DNA of 64,000 bases from Octopus sinensis (GCF_006345805.1 NC_043017.1:1364001-1428000), one strand, 5' to 3'; shown: positions 15,367-29,092, counted from the stretch's first letter. Program-made: numbers and translations. Notes: generated by a model not told the origin, from the sequence alone.

Positions 15367-15876
15367 TCATGGCTTCTGATCTTAACTGATTGGAAGTGTT
15401 ATCATGTACATTGTTTTGTCTTGGTATAAAAGTTGGGCTACAGCAAATATTCTGCTCAATACCACAGATTTGCTTGTCAGTTGTTTGACCATAACCAGTT
15501 GAGCATGTCCCTTAGTGGCTGACGATATGTGCATCTCTGATCCCGAGCAGAAGTAGCCATGTGTTGAGAGGGATTCTTTGGGGTTTGAATAATTCACCTC
15601 TGGAAACATGGGTGGTTCTTTCAACATCTTTAAACAACCCTTATTCAGGGACCTTTTGAGCAGGATGGGCTACTCAACCTGAAGAAAATTCTAACTGGGC
15701 CCCACCTGCAAGGTCATGTGCTGTTTATCTTGATATGAGATCACCATATCGCGCACATTTGGTTGTGATGTATGTGCCTGGTGTACCTTTATCAGACGGG
15801 TAGTCATGATGGGTATATTGGGCTTCGTATATTTTACCCCAGTATCACTTTGATGGCATGCACTGCTCTCTCACTC
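15367..15876 (+). mobile_element. (AAT)n-associated element, copy 3 (lacks the first ~30 bp)
   Basis: Starts at TCATGGCTTCTGATC; intact 3' end plus (AAT)n. Confidence 0.9.
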
Positions 15877-16364
15877 AATAATAATAATAATAATAATAAT
15901 AATATTTTAATGTTCAACTATATTTTGAAGCAACAAAATTCTTAAATTCTATTTTAAAATATCAAACCACAAAAAAGAAAAGAAAATGTAAAGAAATAAA
16001 AAAAAATGCACTTCCTGTAACGACCCTCAACACAAAACTCCATTTTGTAGGTTTATGTGTTTGTCGATGGATAAATGTTTGTGAATTTGTTTTTGTTATT
16101 CGTTTCGTGTTTTTAATCTTTTGTTTTTTGGTCGATATATCACGTGTTTTTTAAATATATTATGTACATATTTAAAATTCATTTTTTATACCAAGTAATA
16201 TTATTATTTTAGAAATAAAAAAAAACGGGAGTCATATTTGAGTCGTCATCATCATCATCACCATCATCATCAACAACGTTCCCTTCCTCATCATCATAAC
16301 CATCACCATCACCATCATCTTCATAATTATTACTATTGCAGTTGTTGTAAGATATTATTATTAC

Positions 16365-16448
16365 CATTAGTTAGAATTGTTATTGCAAGTGTTATTATCA
16401 TTATTATTACTATCATTATTAATATTTTTATTATCATCATCGTTATTG

Positions 16449-16505
<57 letters not shown>

Positions 16506-16516
16506 TATTATTATTA

Positions 16517-16590
<74 letters not shown>

Positions 16591-16621
16591 TATATTATTA
16601 TTACTATTATCATTATTATTA

Positions 16622-16672
<51 letters not shown>

Positions 16673-16680
16673 TATTGTTG
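16365..16680. repeat. (ATT)n microsatellite
   Basis: Direct reading. Confidence 0.97.
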
Positions 16681-17182
16681 TACACTCTAGATATTTTTTT
16701 AAAGTAATTTTTCCTGAATGTGTAACGACTACAGTGATACAGAACATACACTACTACACACTAAGAACTGAATTCAGATTCTCTCTTAATGCAGTCTCTG
16801 GATTTATGACAAAATATGCAGTTATACTTAAATATGCCAGCTGTTTTTTTGTTTTTTTTCGTTTTTTGGTTTCTCAGTCCTGCTGGATATCTCACTTCCA
16901 GAACTCATATTTGTGCTTTCAATAATGTACGATTTTATAACTGAGAATGATTCATGCATCCCCAACGTATATAGCTCGACTCCAATAAATATGAGGCCAC
17001 CGAATGTCAGAAGTGATTTTAATGAAGTACGTCAACAAAATCCTAAATATCGTGGCTTACATGTGCTAGAAAATAAAAAGGTAACTGTCTCTATAAATCA
17101 CACTTTTTTTAACTCAGTTGGATGTTTCAGTCTCTTCTGCCTGCTGAAATTTCGAGATCCTACCAAATTCTTTTCTATTTTA

Positions 17183-17512
17183 TGTATAAGGCCTGAAATT
17201 TTGGTCGATTAGAGTGGCCCCAGTACGCAACTGGTACTTAAATTTTCGACCCCGAAAGGTTGAATGGTAAAAGTCGACCTCGGCGGAATTAGAAGTCAGA
17301 GCATAAAGACAGACGAAATACCGCTTGGAATTTCGCCCGGCGTGCTAACGTTCCTTATTTCTTTATTGCCCGAAAGTTGTTAAACATAGAGGGGACAAAC
17401 AAGGAAAGACAAAGGGATTAAGTCGATTACATCGACCCCAGTGCGTAACTGGTACTTAATTTATCGACCCTGAAAGGATGAAAGGCAAAGTTGACCTCGG
17501 TGGAATTTCAAC
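17183..17512 (-). mobile_element. Two adjacent SINE family A copies
   Basis: CGACCCCGAAAGG.TGAA.GG.AAAGTCGACCTCGG.GGAATT occurs twice (about 17268 and 17465). Confidence 0.8.
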
Positions 17513-17601
17513 ACTAACCCTTCATATAGAGAAGAGAAGGCAGATCCTTGATGATGTTATAAATGGCGACGGAAGGATACTGGTGAACCATGCCCACTGA
17601 T

Positions 17602-17910
17602 GGAGGCACATGGCCTAGTGGTTAGAGCAGCGGACTTGCGGTCGATGGATAGCGGGTTCGAATCTCAGACCAGGCGATGTGTGTCTATGAGCGAAACACC
17701 TAAGTTCCACGGGGCCCCGGCAGAAGGTAATGGCGAACTTCTGCTGACTCTTTCGCCACAACTTTCTCTCACTCTTTCCCCCTGCAAGTTGCAGCTCACC
17801 TGCTACGGACCGGCGTCCCGTCCAGGTCGGGAATCTATACGCCAAGTAAACCGGGAAACCGGCCCCATGAGCCAGGCTTGGCTCGAGAATGAACAATAAT
17901 AATAAATAAT
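17602..17910 (+). mobile_element. tRNA(Arg)-like SINE, family C, full length
   Basis: A box TGGCCTAGTGG and B box GGTTCGAATC; A-rich tail. Homologous copies at 53904-54164 and 59872-60118. Possibly one of the described octopus tRNA-Arg SINE families (not verified). Confidence 0.88.
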
Positions 17911-19161
17911 GCTAACTGATAGACAAAATAGTTTATCAATGAAGCGACTAATTGTTTTAGTGGATACCCAACTGACCAATTAAGCAGACGAAAAACAGAA
18001 AAAAATTTCATGTAATAGTATCAGTGTGTGTGTTTATTACTGTCATATATTAATGGCCCTCCCCAGTCACAACAAAATATGTTTTAATACATGAGTACCC
18101 ATTAAGAATCTCATAAACCAAATTCAAAGACCATATGTTCGTAATATATTCACAACGAAGAATTTAACACGTGACTCGAATTACGATTATTGCAATAACG
18201 TAAGTAAATCTCGGTTTAACACCTGCTGGGTATTTGAACACACGTTAATGAGATGATACATCTATGCACTATCTCCCTATTGGCTATTTATTAACTGATG
18301 CAACATGCAAAGAAAAAACCCATCAATTTGAAAATATCAAACTAATTGACAATCTACACGAGATATGTCCACTAACCACTGCGGGAGCCACATAAAACTA
18401 TAAAAAAAAAGCGCTTTATCTTTCGCAGAATCAAAAGGTCATCAGCGTTTCATTTTGATTTTCATGTTTAGCTTTTATGCTTTGCTCTGATATTTTAAAG
18501 TGAATGCTCAAATAAATTTATATGTATTCAAAAACAAAAAGAGAAAGAAAAAACAAAAGCACAGCACAAGGCAGGAAGCTAATGTCATATTATCTAATAA
18601 AAGGTCACAAAAAGTGTATCGTTTGTACTCTTTGTTTTAAAAAGGAAGCGTCCAAATTTTGCTAAATTAACGACATGGAAATTATTGTCAAAATTCTTTA
18701 GAAGATTATTGAAAGAGTTAAACATTAAAAAAATTACAGTAAACTAACAAAAAAAAAGCAACAGATAGAAATCCATGTGCCAACCTTTGGCAAAAATTAT
18801 GGAAAGAATAATTCAAATAAGCAAATTGCATAACCCGCGCTCCGTGTTATTTTGTAGCTGTTTTATTTTTTACAAAACAGACTTGCTCCCCATTAAGCAG
18901 ATATTGTCTTACGATATATATCTGTGTATATATGCACACATGCGTACATACATACATAGTACTACATATATACGTACATAAATATATACATACATTATGT
19001 AATTATATGTATGTATATGTGTATATATATATATATGTATATATATAATATATATATATATATATATTATTATATATATAATATAATATATTATATATAT
19101 AATACATATTGAATATATATATATATATATAGATATATTATATATAGATATATATATACAT

Positions 19162-19204
<43 letters not shown>

Positions 19205-19289
19205 GTGCTTATATGTATGCACATATATAAATAATATGTATTCATGCTCAGACAAATACCACGTAAATACAAGCATACAAGCAAAGTGA

Positions 19290-19642
19290 TACGTTGGGTT
19301 ACAGAAAAACATTTGGTGAGCGTTACATCTTCAATCAAGGCAGGGCTCCGGCCCACACATCCAATTTAACACAGGTGGTACAAAGAACATTTCACCGGTT
19401 TCTTGGGACAAGGAGATATGGCCTCCTTCAAGTCCAGACATCAATTCCATGGACTCTGCTGCTATCTGCTCCGTCATAAAAATGAATGTTTCTCTTCGCT
19501 CCTATTCAAATGTGTCAGTTCTGAAGGAAGTCCCTTGTTTTAACGGGTGAAGTTGGATGAAGACATGGTAGGACGTTCATGGAAATCATTGATCACACTT
19601 TTGCAGGCTATTATCAAGGCGAAATGTGGTCGTTTTGAAATG
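19290..19642 (+). mobile_element. Decayed Tc1/mariner-superfamily transposase C-terminal fragment
   Basis: Across frameshifts: YIFNQGRAPAHTSNLTQ (QQDxAPxH motif), WPPSSPDINSMD (WPxxSPDLNPxD motif), LQAIIKAKCGRFE. Confidence 0.85.
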
Positions 19643-20119
19643 TATGCGCAACGGCGTGCTAACATTTCTGCCAGCTCGCCGACTTTCACCAAATCTCTTA
19701 CTGGAAACTCCAGAATTGCCCAAATTATAACCTACGTAACGCCAGGCAGCAAGTCAGTAGGATATTCACATACTGTTACGGACAGCAACAGGCACTAGAT
19801 ACAAAAGACACTATCTAATCAGAACAAGACACTACGAACAAGTCCTACTAAACTTTTCGTAATAAATCAGTTTTATTCGCAACGTCGTAGCAGCCATGTT
19901 ATACAGAACCAAGCAATACAATTGTCAGCATTCCTTCTATGACTACAAACATGCATACGTCAATATGCATCAGTATATATGTATTTATGTGCATGTGTGT
20001 ATGTGTGCAAGAATGTGTTTTATGTATTATAGTGGTGTGAGTGAATGACTTTGAGTGTGTATTTGATACTCTTAATTGAATGACTGATATGACCATTAAA
20101 TAAGATATTAAACATATAG

Positions 20120-20540
20120 GCAGAGAAGCTTGCTCCCCAAACACGTGGTTCCGGGTTCAGTCCTACCGCGGGACAACCTCGGCAAGTGTCTTCTACTATA
20201 ACGTCGGGCCGACCAAAGCCTTGAGAGGAGATGTGGTAGACGAAAACTGAAAGAAGCCCGTCGTGTATATGTATATATATATATATCTGTGTGTGTGTGT
20301 GTGTCCGTGTATGTGTGCGTTTATGTGTGTGTGCGTGCACTTGTGCGTGTCTGTTCGTTCCACCACCATCGCTTGACGACCGATGTTGGCGTGTTAACGT
20401 TCCCGTACCTCAGCGGTTCGTTAAAGGAGAACCAATAGGATAGGTACAAGGATTACAAAGAATAAGTCATGGGAACGATTTGTTCGACTAAAGGCGGTGC
20501 TCCAGCATGGCCTCTCAAATGACCGAAACAAATAAACGAA
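20120..20540 (+). mobile_element. SINE family B (CORE-like, with internal (TA)/(TG) tract)
   Basis: GGTTCCGGGTTCAGTCC head; CORE-like C(T/C)TGGGCAAGTGTCTT; internal microsatellite; tail ...GGCGGTGCTCCAGCATGGCC. Confidence 0.85.
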
Positions 20541-20710
20541 AGATTAGCTTAACGGGTAGAAAATACAGTTTAATTTTGAAGGTACATCTTCCTCTGTACG
20601 AACGTACAACCGTTACGCAAATTCAAGTTCAGGGCTCATGTAAATATATTCATACATTTGTCAATATATACGTTCATATATACATATATATGTATATGTA
20701 TGTATATATA

Positions 20711-20741
<31 letters not shown>

Positions 20742-20998
20742 ATAATATATATATATATACACATCATACATGTAAATATATATATACATGTATACATGTA
20801 AATATATATATATATGTATACATGTAAATATATTTGCATATCTATGTATATACGCATGTTCAGATACTTAAACATACAAAGATTGCTGTACAGATAATTT
20901 ATCTGAATTTTATACAGCAATAAATACGGCGATCGGGCACTCTGTCGTCAGAACGTGTACGGTAGAGCCTTTCGGAATATGAATTATGATTTAGATGC

Positions 20999-21098
20999 NN
21001 NNNNNNNNNNNNNNNNNNNNNNNNNNNNNNNNNNNNNNNNNNNNNNNNNNNNNNNNNNNNNNNNNNNNNNNNNNNNNNNNNNNNNNNNNNNNNNNNNN
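20999..21098. other. Assembly gap (100 N)
   Basis: Run of exactly 100 N, a placeholder gap. Distances across it are unreliable. Confidence 1.
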
Positions 21099-21209
21099 AA
21101 CGATTTATTTCCCTCTATCGTTCTTTCTTTCACTCATTCTCCCTCCGTCAGTCTTTATCCATCTCTCTATTATTCAAACTCACTCTTTGTTTTCATTGAT
21201 TTCACTTTC

Positions 21210-21250
<41 letters not shown>

Positions 21251-21493
21251 ACTCTCTCTGTATCTCTCTGTCTTTCTCGCTTTCCTATCTGTCTTTCTCA
21301 CTTTTTATTCACCAATTCACAACTGAAGGCCGATTCGAAGTAGATAAGTGTGTGTTTGTGTGTGTATGTGTGTATAAGTATATACGTCTGTAAATATGTC
21401 TGTTCATACATACAAGTACATATATACATATAATGTCGATGCATATGTAAGGCTGCATATGCTTGTATATATACATATCTGCACTTCGAGATA

Positions 21494-21538
<45 letters not shown>

Positions 21539-21656
21539 TATAAATATATATTATTATATTATATACGTATTTATATATCATATATATGTAATTATATATC
21601 TATATACGTATGCGCACACACAAACACACGCAAGCATACATACACGCCCGCACACG

Positions 21657-21688
<32 letters not shown>

Positions 21689-22468
21689 CATATACATTAT
21701 CGATTTTCTAAAAGGAATGGCATCAGCGTAGCAAGGAGACCAGGCAGACAACACCACGGTACACACCACCTCAACCACATAAACCAGATGGCAAGAATCA
21801 TTGTCTTTAATCGAACACTGCAAAGTGAATGCCGCGCCATATTATAATGCCAAATAGCATGGCAAAGTACCATTCAGTAATATCTCGTCTAGATTAGGAT
21901 TATGGTTTTATTGTAGCTTTTATCAAAATTGGAAGCGAATTTTAGACGAAAATCATAAGTAATATATGTAGTATAATTAATTGCTTTTAGCCGAAAAGCA
22001 TACATTAATTCTGTAACCTTTTAACTCGGCACTTGTTTTCATCTCCAGAATGCCTATTATGACAGTTTGGTAGCAAGAGTCATTAGGTGGGATGTCATTT
22101 TCTGACACGGATCCTTCGACACCACTCTAAGAGGTATAAGGGGCCAGATACTTATATTTCTTAATATCACTTAGCAATGTCACGTTCGATTATCAATGTG
22201 TATGTATGTATGTATGTATGTATGTATGTATGTTGTATGTATGTATGTATATATGTATGTATGTATGGATGGATGGACGGATGGATGCCTGTATGTATGC
22301 ATGCCTGTATCTGTGGATGAATGCATGTATATACGTATGTAAGTATGTAGTAATATCTATATATATATATATATATATATAATAATATATATATATATAT
22401 CTATTATATGTTTTTACGAATGTGTGTATACACATGCACGCACACATATATGTATGTGTGGGTGGGTG

Positions 22469-22522
<54 letters not shown>

Positions 22523-22549
22523 AAGAAAGAAAGAGAGACAGAGACAGAC

Positions 22550-22619
<70 letters not shown>

Positions 22620-22886
22620 TCAAATAGAGAGATAGATACAAGGTACATCATTCTACAATAAGCATATTATTCTAACCTGAATATTTGAGAATTAATAAAC
22701 GCCTGTATAAGTATAAATGGAATTGGTAAACTGCGTGGCAGTAAATGGTGAACGTGTATGGATGTGAGGGTCTGTAGAATTAATCATTTTATCATGCCGT
22801 TCTTCTCTCTCTTCTTGTTGTTACTGTTTTCATTGTTAGACACTCGTAGGAAAGAATCGCACCGGCATGCGACCTAAGGGAATGTT

Positions 22887-23181
22887 TCAGGGAGATGATT
22901 GCATAATAACTACAGTTTCGGTTGATGATTCTTGAGAATCCAGCCGTGAAGTGTAATGATTTCTGCTGCTGATTGGACTCAATTGTAGAGTTGTCTGAGA
23001 ATTCTCGTTCCCCCACTTTCCCAAGAATAGCGGGAGGAGGAAATGGATGACTGGATTTTTGCACCGTAGTTTCACCGTGAATCCCATTTTTGTAATATAT
23101 CCGTCCCATTCACACGACTGCAGAGTACGATTTAAAGGAATTTTGCCCCTTTTTCTAGTGTGTCTTGGGTACACTAACGTG
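22887..23181 (-). CDS. Candidate terminal exon of an unknown gene (unverified)
   Basis: Complex non-repetitive island. Pyrimidine tract plus AG acceptor (tctcttaccttgtttcatgtcttcag) at 23182, then a 97-codon open frame to TGA. No recognisable domain. Confidence 0.25.
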
Positions 23182-23371
23182 CTGAAGACATGAAACAAGG
23201 TAAGAGAGATAGAGATAGATAGCTAGATAGTTAGATAGCTAGACGGTTAGATAGAGAGATAGGGAGGGAGCTGAGGAAGAGATATCAGTATAAATGGATA
23301 GAGAAGGGGAGAGAGATCTGGAGGAAGAGATGTAGGAAGAGATGGAGAGATAGATAGATACAAACATACAT

Positions 23372-23650
23372 AGGTGGAGGAGTGGTTGTGTGGTACGTAG
23401 CTTGCTTATCAAGCACATGGTCTCGGGTTCATTCCCACTGCGTGGCACCTTGGGCGAGTGTCTTCTACTGTAACCTCGGGCCGACCAAAGACTTGTGAGT
23501 GGATTTGGTAGATGGAAACTGAAAGAAGCCTGTCGTATATATATATATGGGTATACATGCGGCTCGGTGACAAGGAAGGTATCAGGCCGCGGAAAATCTG
23601 CATCAAGAAATTCCGTGTGATTCAGTCAATTAAGGAAAAGTGTAGATTAT
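23372..23650 (+). mobile_element. SINE family B 5' part with an alternative tail
   Basis: AGGTGGAGGAGTGGTTGTGTGG...GTGGCACCTTGGGCGAGTGTCTT...GAAGCCTGTCG(TA)n, followed by a different 3' segment. Confidence 0.8.
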
Positions 23651-24363
23651 AATACGATTATAATAAGATTATAATATTGATCATAATACTTAGATATATA
23701 TATAGATATTATGTCATATGTACTTACGTACATACATATAAATGCATAAAATACAGTAATGGCTGGTGTATGTATAAAAGTAGTTATATATATACATGTT
23801 TGAATGAAAGAAAAATATGAATGTACAAAGATAAGGCATCACGGATGCACGCTCATGCACGCACAAACACGCACAAACACACACACTGTCACATACATGC
23901 ACATATACACACACTTTAATTCAGGGCTTGTCTTACGGAATAATACAGTTATTCGTTTCCACAAATTGATACTCCATTACAAAAGAAATAGAAAAATACT
24001 AAACAAACACACAAACACATATACGAATAGTAAACAACAGAAAATCCAAACAAAAATAACCAACACATTATAAAACATATCTGAGCAGAAGATTTATATC
24101 CCACTTAAGTTATTTATAGCAATAATTTTACAGAGGAGACAATGTCTGTCTCTCTCTGACTAAACGAATATACAACTAGTTATTTAGGAAAATTCTATCA
24201 TTACATTCTTACATCCACACCTCGTCTTTAAAGAAATCGATTGCTTCCAAACAACAGTTTATCCTTACTCATTGTTTGTATGTAATTACATACATGCTAT
24301 AGTTAAGTTTTTATCAGTATATTTATTATGTTTTATGTTAATTATATATATATATATATACAC

Positions 24364-24396
<33 letters not shown>

Positions 24397-24421
24397 ATAT
24401 ATATATAATATCTTATAGTAT

Positions 24422-24453
<32 letters not shown>

Positions 24454-24477
24454 ATATATTATATATATATATATATA

Positions 24478-24525
<48 letters not shown>

Positions 24526-25079
24526 ATATATATGTATGCATGTATATATTTTTTATTTCTTATTATAATATTGATATATCTATTTTGTTCTACTATTTCT
24601 TCTTGCTTTCTCTACTTGCCATAGCAATTCAGAAATGATACAAGATTGCATTCAAATCATTACCCATTGTTTATTTGTCTCAAATTTCTTAAGCATCTCT
24701 GTTAGTGCAGTTAGATACATACACATATACGCACGTACATATACAGACATATGTACATATGTATGTATATAGATATAATATTAGTGTGTGCGCGTGCGCG
24801 GATGTATGTGTAATATAGTATTCGGATTGTCTGAGAGACTCCATTATATTATATCATGAGATTTTGTTTCATTTTCTTGGCAGCTTACATTTATTACTGC
24901 CAGGTTTTCTACGATATACTACGATATTGAATAAAAATGTGTATTACTGTATCCGTACGTACAATGAATATATATACATATGCATATATATTATATATAA
25001 TATATATATATATATATTATACATCATGCATATCTTTCTACCTTTCTTTAATACATTGGCATATATCTATTTATATATC

Positions 25080-25116
<37 letters not shown>

Positions 25117-25132
25117 CACACACACCACACAC

Positions 25133-25166
<34 letters not shown>

Positions 25167-25538
25167 ATATATATAATATATATATATTATATGCATGTAT
25201 TTATTTCTCATTCTGCATTACTTACCGAACATGTTGAAGTATATTGTGTAGTAATTCGGCATAATTGATACGTAGAGAGTTAATAAATAAACATATATGC
25301 ATATGCTAACAGTATAAGAGAACTACGCGCTCTCTTGGGAATATCAGCTAAGATGCTACATTACCACCATACACTGTTCAGCTTTTACTACACGAAATTT
25401 TCAAACATTAAAGTAGCCAATTACCTACTAAAAACAAAATTAGTTTATGTGTATTATATTTCATTTCCTTTCTCCTCTGCTCATTTCAACTGCCACAGCA
25501 AATGTACTTGCGTCTTATTTTTCTGATGTTGTTTGTGC

Positions 25539-25608
<70 letters not shown>

Positions 25609-25624
25609 CATCACATCATCATCA

Positions 25625-25696
<72 letters not shown>

Positions 25697-25701
25697 TCAT
25701 T

Positions 25702-26249
25702 GAGTGAGAGAGCAGTGAATGCTATCAAAGTGACACTGGGGTAAAATATACGAAGCCCAGTATACCCATCATGACTACCCGTCTGATAAGGGGACACCAG
25801 GCACATGTATCGCAGCCATATGTGAGCGACATGGTGATCTCATATCAAGATGAACAGCGCATGACCATGCGGGTGGGATCCAGTTTCAATTTTCTTCAGT
25901 TCGAGTAGCCCCTCCCACTCAAGGGATCCCTCAAAATGTTTTGTCAAAGGATGTTGAACAAAATACACATGTTTCTAGCGGTGAAAAATCCAAACCCCAA
26001 AGAATCCCTCTCAACACATGGCTATGATGCTTCCCCACTACTTCTGCTCGTGACTAGGGATGCACATATCGTCAGCCACTAAAGGACATGCTCAACTGGT
26101 TAAGGTCAAACAACTGACAAGCAAATCTGTGGTATTGAGCAGAATATTTGCTGTTATCCATCTTTTATACCAAGGCAAAACAATGTACATGATAACACTT
26201 CCAATCACTGAAGATCAGAAGCCATGAGAGCAATGCCTGCATTACGGCA
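25702..26249 (-). mobile_element. (AAT)n-associated element, copy 4 (older, full length)
   Basis: Reverse complement of copies 1/5/6, more diverged, flanked by (ATT)n/(AGT)n. Confidence 0.9.
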
Positions 26250-26269
26250 TTTATTATTATTATTATTAT

Positions 26270-26328
<59 letters not shown>

Positions 26329-26613
26329 TAGTAGTAGCAGCAGCAGCAGCAGTAGTATCATGAGTAATTAGTGAGTTTGCTATATGCAAGATGCACCTTA
26401 ATGAGCGAGGAGCGTGATTTCTTCATGGCCAATTACGAAACTAAATGGTTTGGAAATAGTAAAATATTATATGTGTATGTATATATATATATATATATAC
26501 TCACATACACGCACGCACACACAGACATACACATGCATTCATATATGAAATTTAGTCTAGTTAATGTAGCTTTGAATAAAAATTACCTAACATCAGCGAC
26601 AAACAAACACACT

Positions 26614-26656
<43 letters not shown>

Positions 26657-26671
26657 TATATATATGCATAT

Positions 26672-26796
26672 ATACGACGGACTTTTTTCAGTTTCCGTCT
26701 ACCAAATCCACTCAAGTCTTTGGTCGACCCGAGGCTGATCCTGGAACTATGTGGTTGGTAGTCCAGCTACTGACCACACAGCCTCTCCTGCGCCTA
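26672..26796 (-). mobile_element. SINE family B 5' part with internal deletion
   Basis: CAGTTTCCGTCTACCAAATCCAC...ACCACACAGCC.CTCCTGCGCC. Confidence 0.8.
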
Positions 26797-26852
26797 TATG
26801 TATATATATAAAATTATATCTATATATATATATTATATATATATATAATATA

Positions 26853-26978
26853 TCTTTCTGTTGAAGAGCATAGGCTCGAACGTTAAGACTTGTTTTATTT
26901 ATATTTCCTGAGCGCCATACTAGAATTGTTTGTTTTCCACCTGCCTTCGTCTTTTGTCTATTTTCATAAAGCTTCCCG

Positions 26979-26980
<2 letters not shown>
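26853..26980 (+). mobile_element. Short TA-embedded element with hammerhead-like motif (Penelope pLTR-like relic)
   Basis: TCTTT-CTGTTGA-AGAGC-ATAG-GCTC-GAA-CGT-TA-AGA at 26853-26888; (TA)n on both sides. Confidence 0.55.
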
Positions 26981-27047
<67 letters not shown>

Positions 27048-28358
27048 CATACATATACATACATACATATGTATGTATCAGTGACTTGCAGTCGAGACAT
27101 GCAAGTCATGCACTGCATCTCCATTTATTTTTTATATAGCTTAAAAATTAATTTAAGTACCCGTAATGTATTTATTAACCACATTGAAAATTTATTGGAG
27201 TCATAGGAAAGTGAGCTAAAATAGATACTTTGTTTCGAAGAAGACCCGTCCAGATTCGGTTCTTTGTTGTTTTTACACTCTCTATTCTGCTTCCTCTAGG
27301 CATGCTTAAAGAAATCGTTTCTCCTCCACTTCTTATCTTTCAATAACTATTATTTCTGTCCTGCCTATCTGTGAAGTCAATGCCTGTAAGGTTGTTTTTT
27401 TTATCTCCATAAAATAACTATGAAAGGCATACTTTGAGAAAAACGAACTTTGACTTCTTCCCTCCCTTTCTATCAGTTCTTCTTTGTCAACAATTCTTTG
27501 TAATTGATGTTGCTAACGTGACAGGTTAAATGGTTGAACGGGTTTGGCTTTTTGACCCGGAAAAATTGTGACCAAATCATATCAACAATCCCATCATTTT
27601 TAATTAGTCCGCTCAAATGTTGCGGTGCCTTTGGAAAATCTCTTTCGCTCAATCGTACGTTCTGAAATTTTTATCATTAACCATCCTCTGTACGGAACAT
27701 ACTTCTGAAATCAGAAATATAATATAGCTAATTAATCTTTCGTTGATGTACTAAAATTATCTTTCCGTTTTGATGAAACTGATCTGCAAGTCACGCGCGC
27801 GCATACACACACTCATGTGCACTATTACTTTCATAAGATCTCAAAGAATTTCGAAATATTTGTCCAAATGACGGAAATGTGTGTTATGAAAGAAATTCAA
27901 TTCTGATAAACAGATTAAAGGAAAAAAGGACTTTGAAAAGGAAACAATTAATAATAAATGGTGGTCGACCAACACCGAAATTACCTGACTTCAGAAGCCT
28001 CAGCAAGAAATTCACGAGACAATTTCAGGATAATTTGTATGAAAAGAAAAATGTTTAAGTGGCAGTGGTACGTTTAATAATCTATTCTACAAACGTTATG
28101 ATGGTATATATAGTTTATATATGACTAAGCTAAAACATGAACATTCTCAACGACATATAAAATCCATGAAAGATCTTAAAGCATTCGGATATGTTCGCAT
28201 AGTATTACAGTTGGAGGCGAGTAATGAAAGAGTTACATGAAGCAGATCCAGTCTCCAACGATTGATCGATGGAGTTGTTATTTTTTAGGTCGTCAGGAAT
28301 TATCGTCGGGGGTCATTTTGAATCTGAAGAATCTAATAATCGTCGAAATTATAAAGAA

Positions 28359-28505
28359 TGGATGTGTGGTAAGTAGCTTGCTTACCAACCACATGGTTCC
28401 GGGTTCAGTCCCACTGCATGACACCCTGGGCAACTGTTTTCTGCTATAGCCTCGGGCCGACCAAAGCATTGTGAGTGGATTTGGTAGACGAAAACTGAAA
28501 GTAAG

Positions 28506-28545
<40 letters not shown>

Positions 28546-28697
28546 TGTATGTGTGTGTGTGTGTCTGTGTTAGTCCTCCCAGCATTTCTTGACAACTGAT
28601 GCTGGTGTTTACGTCCCCGTAACTTAGCGGTTCGGTAAACGGGACCGATAGAATAAGTACTAGGCGTACAAAGAATAAGTCCTGGAGTCGATTTGCT
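28359..28697 (+). mobile_element. SINE family B, 3' end lost
   Basis: Same head, core and body as 20120; ends at GTCGATTTGCT. Confidence 0.85.
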
Positions 28698-28890
28698 GTG
28701 ATTTGCTGTGATGCTCTGATGGTTGCTGTATTGAAAATGTTCTGCGTAGGATGTGGGCAGTGCCTAGTAGTGCAACTTTCTGTATGTTATATGTGTTTGT
28801 AAGTCCTGGTGTTTTTATTATGTATATTTTTCATCATACCTAATGCGCCTACAATGATAGGAATTCTTTCTGTATTTAGCTTCCACATTC
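28694..28890 (-). mobile_element. R4/Dong-like non-LTR retrotransposon, very short 5'-truncated copy
   Basis: MWKLNTERIPIIVGALGM...QKVALLGTAHILRRTFSIQ, homologous to 40190-40395; (AAT)n at the 5' junction. Confidence 0.88.
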
Positions 28891-28901
28891 CTATAATAAT
28901 A

Positions 28902-28957
<56 letters not shown>

Positions 28958-29092
28958 CATTATTATTATTGTTGTTGTTGTTGTCACATATGTTGTTTTT
29001 GCTTTTGTTTCTGGTTGTCCATGTTGCTACTGCTGCTACTGTTGCTATTATAGCTGTGGCAGTGTTAGTGATTGCTTTTTTTTTTAAAATCT

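Noticed and set aside
14177-15876. CRISPR-like or LTR structure
   Set aside because: The repeats are dispersed retroposon copies separated by microsatellites; no spacer array, cas genes, TG..CA termini or PBS.
17602-17675. tRNA gene
   Set aside because: A/B boxes are present but there is no acceptor stem, and it continues into a SINE body seen in other copies.
27603-27704. Minus-strand exon after tttctgatttcag
   Set aside because: All three frames close within about 35 codons; no homology recognised.
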